From assembly GCA_951406725.2 (NCBI GenBank), contig OX597815.1, forward strand, positions 11,160,001 to 11,224,000: a DNA stretch of 64,000 nt, written 5' to 3'. The stretch comes from Octopus vulgaris. Lineage: Eukaryota. The position numbers and the translations under genes are program-made. The notes under the pieces were generated by a model, which did no database searches, was not told the origin of the DNA, and saw nothing but the letters and a program-made list of their open reading frames with translations. Position 1 is the stretch's first letter, and every line of letters starts with the position of its first letter. Below are positions 55,812 to 64,000 of the stretch, in pieces.

Positions 55812-56123
55812 ATATCAAGGAAGACACACGCACACATTACTAAGAACAGCTTATACATGCTCCCTGTATATGAGTGTGTGTGTGGGTATGTGAGTTTGCG
55901 TGTGTCTGCATGTGTATCTGCATGTGCGTCTGTATGAGCCAGTGTTCGCACACGCGAGTGTGTAAGCATACAATAAAATTTAATGACATAATTATATAAA
56001 AAGGAAGCAATTAAAACCAAACCATACACCATATGAGTGCGAAACCATCACCTCAGTTGAGCTTGCGCATACCAAAATTTTGTCCGTTTGTCATATTCGT
56101 ATAATCTAGAGCACCTGAAAGTA

Positions 56124-56459
56124 GAGACACCCTTCAGTCATAAATGACCATGGGATTGCACATAGAAAGTTACCCTCTAAGGCACAAGTCCGGGCAAGAT
56201 TGTTTATAGAAGACCAGCAGTCGCCCATGCATACCGGCCTTCCCTCTCCACGCCACCGATGTCATCCAAGGGAAAGGCAAAGGGACCGATACAGCTTGGC
56301 ACCTGTGACGTCGCAACGCATTTCTACAGCTGAATGAACTGGAGCAACGTGAAATAAAGTGTCTTGCTCAAGAACACAACACGCAGCCCGCTCCGGGATT
56401 CGAACTCACAACCTCACGGTCATAAGTTCGACGCTCTTACCACTGAGCCATGCGCCTCA
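56124..56459 (-). mobile_element. SINE family D (tRNA-derived)
   Basis: rc head gaggcgcatggctcagtggtaagagcg...gagttcgaatccc; flanking ctgaaagta repeat as probable TSD. Confidence 0.85.
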
Positions 56460-58803
56460 CTGAAAGTATTTATAAGAATTTTCTGTGTTGGATGCGACAA
56501 GTAACATTCCCTACCCTCTGAGCTGGCTTTCTTTTTCAGTTATTGGTAATGATGTTTCATTATTAATGTAACCTATCACCCGAGTGTTTTTTCAGTTCTT
56601 GTTCTCTATCTCTTAACGTATCACACCATCTCATCATCTAATCTTAGATCTTCCATCATCTTATAAGGATATATAGCTAGCATATCAAACGATCGTGAAG
56701 TACGTGTCGTCTCATGCGCATAAATTCCTCCGCACCTTCGCGATACCTATATGTCTTCTTCGTTGTGGAGTGGAATTTGTTGTGGAGTGGAATTTGCTGT
56801 AGATGTATTTGGTACCGTCTTCTTTGTAGTCTTCAGGTTCTTCCAGGTAAAAATCTCGTGAATGGTTCTTGTTTTCACATGTCTATCTGTTGGGATTTTA
56901 ACATTTTCTTTCTCATCCACGACAAGGTACAGCTTCGGCATAGTCCTGTGCTCTTTGGAGGTCATTAAAGCCTACATATCCATGAAGATCTCATTCTAAT
57001 AAATTCAGTTTCTGATCCTTTTGGCGTCCACTCTTGCACAAAGACATCTGTAAAACAATGGTCAACGTCATCGAAATATGACATTAGTCTGTGAGAAAAA
57101 CCAATGGCGAAACAGCTCGGTTTGTTTTCTTTTTACGCTCTGCCATTTTGGAAAACCAGGCATATGGTGCTATATGTTGGAGTGTCGGTTCAGCTAGCAA
57201 TATATGCGGTTGCTTCTGTGAATATCTAAAGAAGACTGTTGTGTTTTTAAAGTTGTAGAGATATTTGATCCACCTTCTTTATTCGCTCAGGAGAGGTGGC
57301 GTTTTCCATGCTGCAAACTTTTCTTTGCTAGTGAGCAAGTCTGGTGAAAACATTATCAATGTCCATTTTTTGTCAATCCCAAAAATCACTTTCACTCATT
57401 AAATTTAGTTTGTTTTCTTCGCTGACAGAATGTGCACGTATGTTGCTGTTGTTGTTGCTGTTGATGATGATGATGATGATGATGATGATGAGGTGGAGGT
57501 GGGGGAGGAGGATGAGGATGTTGATGATGATGATGGTATCGTGTAAAATTTCGAAACTGACATATTTAAAGTTCAAAACATCATTATATGTATCATGCAC
57601 AATCGTGAGTCATGCTGTGAAAATTTAATTTGCTATCCTTTTATATAATTTTGTTGATACTCTGTCTATTATTTTCGTGTTCACTTCTAGTCTTGAAAGG
57701 GGGTGGTCTTCTCTAACAAGACGACATCTTAATTTCACTGTGAACAGAAACAGACTGATACTATTATATCTAGAAATAACCCATTTTATGTCTTCCGGAT
57801 GGGGAAAATATAAGTGGGCTAATGCATTTCAGGGACTTAGCTTTTGGAAATTATCCCCAGTCAGAATCCTGCAAAAGGATTATCTATATGATTCAGTAGT
57901 AATCCTGACGACAATTAATCAACAGAATTAAGCAACATCTATATTCCTCCCCATACCTGTCATCTCTTATGTCCCTGTCCTAAGGTTTCACTTCCACACA
58001 CGCTAGCTTAATATAATTCGTCCTCAGTCGAAAGACACTTGCGGTTTATGTCCTGTTATTTGCATTTGTATTTGTGTACCATTTCTCCGTTCTTTTTCCA
58101 TCCTTGTTTTCGTATACATTCGCTGCTTTCTTCCAAGGAATCTAGTGCTCTTAGCTTAGTTTCTCTTTGGATCAGGCCGGATTGGGGCAATGTCGAGTAT
58201 AATCAGCCGAAATTGCAAAATTAATCTGGAACTCGCCTGAGGAAAGAAAACTCCGAATGACCCATCCTTGTTTTTTCTTGTCCCTTTTTTGTATCAGCTG
58301 TCTGGATGTTTTGCGTTCTTGTCCCATTTTTGTATTCCTTTATATGTATATATATATAACCGATAGAATAAGTACCTTGCTTTAAAAAGTACTCTGTGTG
58401 TCCGTGTTCCCTTTTTTACGCGGAAACGGCTGCGCGGATTGCTTCCATACTTAGGATGCATAAACAATTTGACCTTGGATACATAATAGGGTCTTTAGCT
58501 AAGTTTTTTTTATTTAAAGTAAATAATATTGCTTAATATATATATATATATATATATATTTATAAATTGAGATAGGGGTTGTAAGTGCAACTCACCATGG
58601 GATAACATATATCCAATATACTGCCAGTAAAGCACCCAACAAAGTTAATACATAAATGTTAATTGTTATGTATATGTATATATATAGGAGTATGGGTATA
58701 TGCACTCACATGTATGTGTATATTATATATTATGGGTATGTACCCACTCTTGTATGGGTGTACTTCCTCTGATATTCATACTTAATTCAATTTGTATTTC
58801 ATA

Positions 58804-58930
58804 ATCTCTAAAGAGGCCTTGGGATATTTTTGTAAGTGTCTCATTTATTACCACATATCAACTTATCACACCTGGCTAATATGAGCATAATGAGATACCC
58901 ATATCTGCATGGCTGAAACAGCTGTAAGAT
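58804..58930 (+). ncRNA. Type I hammerhead with a ~100-nt stem II domain and a G5A core change
   Basis: atct-CTAAAGA-ggcc..gatat..gtgtctcatt...aatgagatac..atatc..ggct-GAAA-cagctg-TA-agat, inside a (TA)n-flanked element at ~58560-59140. Confidence 0.7.
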
Positions 58931-59169
58931 GTAGTTTATATTTATATTTATATTTATTTATATTCACTTATACATATTGTACTTATTGTATCATATTACT
59001 CATTGATGTGCATTGTTTTGTTTTATACTATTATGTTTGACCTTGATGTTCATAGGTAGTGGTTTAATAAATTATGTGATTGGGTATTATCTGGTAGTTG
59101 ATTATTGATTAAGGTGTATTTTTCCATTTTCTTATTTTGTATATATATATATATATATATATGTATATA

Positions 59170-59574
59170 GGCGCAGGAGTGGCTATGTGGTAAGTAGCTT
59201 GCTAACCAACCACATGGTTCCGGGTTCAGTCCCACTACGTGGCATCTTGGGCAAGTGTCTTCTGCTATAGCCCCGGGCCGACCAGTGCCTTGTGAGTGGA
59301 TTTGGTAGACGGAAACTGAAAGAAGCCTGTCGTATATATGTATGTGTATATAAGTGTGTGTGTATATGTTTGTGTGTCTGTGTTTGTCCCCCTAGCATTG
59401 CTTTACAACCGATGCTGGTGTGTTTACGTCCCCGTCACTTGGCGGTTCGGCAAAAGAGGCCGATAGAATAAGTACTGGGCTTACAAAGAATAAGTCCCGG
59501 GGTCGATTTGCTCGACTAAAGGCGGTGCTCCAGCATGGCCGCAGTCAAATGACTGAAACAAGTAAAAGAGTAAA

Positions 59575-59577
<3 letters not shown>
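59170..59577 (+). mobile_element. SINE family A
   Basis: Full copy. Confidence 0.9.
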
Positions 59578-59630
<53 letters not shown>

Positions 59631-59634
<4 letters not shown>

Positions 59635-59950
59635 CCGAAACGCGTCCATAGTTAATTGAATGCCGAGTGATTTTCGCTGTTTTTCCACTCTGCCGACGTG
59701 AATTGTTTTTGAGTATATATTGTCCGGGAGTTGTTTCTTACAGTAGAAGAAATAGCTAGGTTCTTTGGCTGCTATTTCTAAAGTTCGATATGTGGTTAAG
59801 CAAATTTTTTTGCCAAGCCCTAATTATAATTATATTTTAATCATAAAACATATTGTTTAAGTTTATCGTAAATGGTCCTTTCAACATGTCGAATACTACT
59901 TGGTGGAATTATTAATTATTAATTAATTAATTAATTAATTTTACCCTTTC
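59631..59950 (+). mobile_element. HHR element truncated inside the ribozyme
   Basis: Starts ccGAAA-cgcg-TC-cata (3' half of an HHR, ACGCGT palindrome), followed by the 30197-type body and tail. Confidence 0.75.
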
Positions 59951-60077
59951 GGTATTGACGTAGAAACGACAAAAGTTTTCGTTTTCATTTGCGAAGCCTC
60001 TCTATTTCTATTTTAATGTTTTCGTTTCAAGTTTTAATTCGCTATTTGTAAACAACTTCGATTAATTACTGAGAGAA

Positions 60078-60785
60078 ATAAAAACCATGGGAGGAGCCTT
60101 TTCTGTCAAAAATAAGAAGAAATTGTATTTTCAGAGGAAAAGGTGTACGATTCAAGAAAGATTTGGCTGTTGTTTCTAGCACATCCCAAAGTACCCTCCG
60201 TTTTCTTTCATGCATCGTCGCATGTATTGATGTTATTTTCAATATTTTTCTCCCATGAAACACATTTTAAAGAATGATAATGTCGAAGTAACGCACGTGT
60301 GGTCCATTGGTGAGATATAAGCAACAACAACAACAGCGACAAAAATACTTGTAATTTAAATGTTTACCCCCACCTCAATCAAGCAAAGGCGTGTGCGTGA
60401 AAGACAAAAATATGCTATTAAAATTGAATTATCGTTTACATCACCCTTTTTTTTTAAAATCACTGTCGATAAATGCCACCAATGACCTTCTCAGGCTCTC
60501 CAATGTTTTATATTCTAAAAAGAAACAATCGGGGCCAGGGAGTGAGGTTGCAAAATAATCATAATTTTTCACATTTTTATAGAATATAAATGTATTTATG
60601 GGGAGAAAAATATTGAAAAACTTCAGAACCATTCGACAGTGAGAAAGGCACGAGAAGGGTTGTCTTAGGATGTTCTAGAAATGACAGCCTAATCTCCCTT
60701 AAATCACTTTATCCTCTGAAAATATTAACAATTAAAAATTTTTCTTTTTTTTACCTAAAAAGCTCCTGCCACGGCTTTGAAGTGA
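60078..60785. mobile_element. Old fold-back/MITE with ~210-bp diverged inverted arms
   Basis: ttttcaatatttttctccc/gggagaaaaatattgaaaa; attttcagagga/tcctctgaaaat; ggctg...tttctag/ctagaaa...cagcc. Confidence 0.7.
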
Positions 60786-60944
60786 AAAAAAAAAATGGCC
60801 CAAATCGGTCCGAAGTGGGATGATAAGGGGTCAGGGTTCTACCAAAACATTTTCAAAACTTTATTTTCCATAAAACGATGTTCCACCCCACCACTTCGAA
60901 GGCTGTGGTTAAAAAGAATTGGGAAAAATCCCCGTCAAACCTGA

Positions 60945-61307
60945 ATGGGTGCAACTTATTTGGTTTTCCTGATCCGAAACTTGATCCGAAACTGTGATTT
61001 CTTCTTGTGCGGATATTTAAAATCAAAAGTATTCAGTCATCGCCTTCGATCTATTGATGAATTAAAACGTGCAATTTGTGCAGAAATAGCAACCATTCCA
61101 GAAGAAATGATCCATAGAATTATCGATAACTTTCATGAACGTCTCCAACAGTGTGTTGACAATTATAGGAAGCATTTATCTGATTTGATTTTTAAAACTT
61201 AATGAAATAAAATGGCATTCAGAAAATAAAATTTTTCTTTTCATTATTTCTTATTTTGTACTTTTATTAAGCCTCCAAATGTGTCAGATCATTTAGTCTA
61301 CCCTGTA
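60945..61307 (+). mobile_element. Tc1/mariner transposase C-terminus and right TIR remnant
   Basis: CDFFLCGYLKSKVF..RSIDELKRAI..EIATIPEEM...RLQQCV; ends accctgTA. Confidence 0.8.
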
Positions 61308-61426
61308 CTTCACCAAAATGACTAAATGAGCCATTATCGTAAACTAAATGTTAATTTGGCAAAAAGCTTTAGAGTAGCTAGCCAGTCCTTCACTTGCAAC
61401 GATTTCACATACTCACACTCATCTGT

Positions 61427-61812
61427 GATGGAAGCACTCCGTCGGTTACGACGATGAGGGTTCCGGTTGATCCGAATTAACGGAACAGCCTGTTCGTGAA
61501 ATTAACGTGTAAGTGGCTGAGCACTCCACAGACACGTGCACCCTTAACGTAGTTCTCGGGGATATTCAGCGTGACACAGAGAGTGACAAGGCCGGCCCCT
61601 TGAAATACAGGTACAACAGAAACTGGAAGTAAGAGTGAGAGAAAGTTGTGGTGAAAGAGTACAGCAGGGATCACCACCATCCCCTGCCGGAGCCTCGTGG
61701 AACTTTTAGGTGTTTTCGCTCAATAAACACTCACAACGCCCGGTCTGGGAATCGAAACCGCGATCCTATGACCGCGAGTCCGCTGCCCTCACCACTGGGC
61801 CATTGCACCTCC
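61427..61812 (-). mobile_element. SINE family B, full length
   Basis: Reverse complement of 51870; flanks actcac.ctcatc as probable TSD. Confidence 0.9.
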
Positions 61813-61837
61813 ACTCACTCTCATCTAGCCACTGATT

Positions 61838-62072
61838 GACGGCTCTTCACCGACTCAAAGAATGTGACTTGAAAGCCCTTCTTTTGCATAATGACAAGGT
61901 AAATGGTATCCCTATTGCTTTCTGTGTTCATATATAATACACATTTTAATGCAGTTTTCGTCAAATGGAAGATCTATGGATATTTGAAAGTTATTGATAT
62001 GCAGATGGACAAACAGACGAGATTTATAAAATAGTGTTGCGTCTCTCATATGTTGTGGACAGTCGCGTTGCT
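61838..62072 (+). pseudogene. Chapaev-3/CMC-like transposase core remnant
   Basis: RLFTDS..LKALLLHNDKVNGIPIAF; WKIYGYLKVI...TRFIK.CC...WDSR. Confidence 0.6.
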
Positions 62073-62099
62073 ACAGATTACCAGTTTCCAGAGATCAGT

Positions 62100-62308
62100 T
62101 TACTCTTTTACTTGTTTCAGTCATTTGACTGCGGCCATGTTGGAGCACCGCCTTTAGTCGAGCAAATCGTCCTAAGTGCTTATTCTATCGGTCTCTTTTT
62201 GCCGAACCGCTAAGTTACGGGGACGTAAACACACTAACATCAGTTGTCAAGCGATGTTGGGGGGGGGGGTCAAAAACAGACACATCAACATATACACACA
62301 GATACATA

Positions 62309-62349
<41 letters not shown>

Positions 62350-62513
62350 CACACATACATACGACGGGCTTCTTTCAGTTTCTGTCCACCAAATCCACTC
62401 ACAAGGCTTTGGTCAGCCCGAGGCTATAGTAGAAGACACTTGCCCAAGGTGCCACGCAGTGGGACTGAACCTGGAACCTTGTGGCTGGTTGGCAAGCTAC
62501 TTACCACAGAGCC
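62100..62513 (-). mobile_element. SINE family A
   Basis: Reverse-complement match; a few head nucleotides missing. Confidence 0.88.
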
Positions 62514-62932
62514 AGGGAATTCAAGAGAATTTCTGTAATTCTTTTACGTAGTCCCAAATGTGAGTGCAGTACATTTAAATAAGGGACTTAGGGGGTCGAA
62601 ATCAAGGAAATTTTATAAGATGTTAAATTTGAAAAAGAGAAAAAAATAAAAACCTCAACATACTAGAATTATATAAACTGTGAAATGCTGTAAATAATTA
62701 CACGCAAACCTTCTGGAGTCGCTGTTGCGAAGATTCTTGAGGCCATTATGAAAAATAGGTTGTCGTTGAATGTTAAAACATACTCTTCTTATTAAAGAGA
62801 TGTACTTGCATAGCAAGTGACCTGATCTGAGATTGTGTGCTGGAACGAAAACAATTGCAGCGTGGAAGGTGTTTATAAGCCATTTAAGAAACACACAAAA
62901 ACCGTTAGATTCACTTCAACATTTAAATTTAA

Positions 62933-62983
62933 TTTGTCAAAATATTTTCGTCGCTTTGAAACCTCGACCTGTTCACTGACAAA
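62933..62983 (-). ncRNA. Type I hammerhead ribozyme, G3:C8 swapped-core variant
   Basis: rc: tttgtca-GTGAACA-g-gtcg(aggtttcaaag)cgac-GAAA-atat-TT-tgacaaa; perfect 7-bp stem I, AATATT stem III, UUU site. Confidence 0.75.
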
Positions 62984-63769
62984 ACATTGTGCTTCTTATA
63001 TTCTCATTTAAATTTCTTTCTAGAAAACGTTGGGGTTGATAAATGACGAGCAAGAAGTGTCTCCATCAACATATTCATGCAAAAAAAAAGAAAACGTAAG
63101 TTCGAATGAAGGCATGATGACTAAATATTGTTAGATGTGTACATATTCATAACATATGCAAAAAAAAAAAGAACCCCCCAAAAAACAAACGAACCAAAAG
63201 TAAAATAAAACAAAAACAAACTGCTTTATATTCAGTCCTTTAACTGAATCTGTGATATAAAAATAAGAACAAAGATAATTATGTATGAAATAATCAAAAT
63301 TATGTCGTGTTTCGGTTCAAGAAATAAAAACAAATTTCTGTATAAAACGTTTCTTTAACGCAGTGTTTAACGTATTCTTTCTTTAATCATTGAAGAAAAA
63401 TCGAAACTTATGAAATATTGAAATATGGAAATAAACTTAAAAAAGAGCAAAAGAGGAAAAAAAATAGTGAAATAGATACGGAAATTTTGTAACAAAGATC
63501 GACATAAATACATAAATAAATGAATAAATAAATAGTCAAATATCATTTTTATAAGAAAAATCGAAAGTTATAAACTAGTAAATTGTGAAAGTCCTTTTGT
63601 TTTGCTGTTGTCACTTTGCATCAGCACAAACAAATTGTTGCGTTTCTTGAAAATTAAACTTGCTTGTAGTAAAATTGTCATGACAACGAAAGTCAATGGA
63701 AGCTAGTGTGATGGTGCAGAAAAATACAGGAAAAAAGAAAAAAGGGAGGAGTGATCGCTGAGGATGAAA

Positions 63770-63879
63770 GAACTGAGGAGAGAGATGGAGAGAAAGGAAG
63801 AGAGAGAGAGAAAGGAAGGGAGAGAGAGAAAGGAAGGGAGAGAGAGATGGAGAGAGAGAGAGAGAGAGAAAGAAAGGGG

Positions 63880-63910
<31 letters not shown>

Positions 63911-63930
63911 GAGAAAGGAAGACAGATAGA
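63770..63930. repeat. Purine-rich (GA)n compound repeat
   Basis: Read directly. Confidence 0.9.
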
Positions 63931-64000
63931 TGAATGTGAAATATGTATAGGGAGATATTCTTTTGATCCTTACGGGATAGAGAGAGAGAGAGGGGGGGAC

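Noticed and set aside
58160-58260. ggc...gcc-GAAA-ttgcaa and CTGAGGA words in a (TA)n-ended element
   Set aside because: The core and stem I cannot be assembled into one fold

Overview
AT-rich, repeat-saturated animal genomic DNA; the SINE set and dense (TA)n/(CA)n/(GA)n/(TAA)n arrays suggest an octopus or other cephalopod (inference). No intact host gene is visible, and most listed ORFs are microsatellite artefacts. Recognisable content: decayed Penelope-like elements (PLEs; RT and GIY-YIG remnants at 5.7-8.95 kb, 18.1 kb and 22.5-23.5 kb), Dong/R4-type RLE LINEs in (TAA)n, at least four tRNA-derived SINE families, non-autonomous Helitrons, hAT, piggyBac, Tc1/mariner and Chapaev-like remnants, and a possible old mitochondrial rRNA NUMT. 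The main hidden signal is about 15 type I hammerhead ribozyme (HHR) motifs from several unrelated short elements embedded in (TA)n. They share palindromic, nearly loopless stem III, show covariation at the core 3:8 pair (C:G, U:A, G:C), have stem II from 4 bp to about 100-130 nt, and occur in tandem 480-560 nt units or with inverted 5' arms. Many share a downstream GGCTGCTATTTCTA motif. This looks like a diversified set of PLE-mobilised, retrozyme-like RNAs. All folds were paired by eye and none has been tested.
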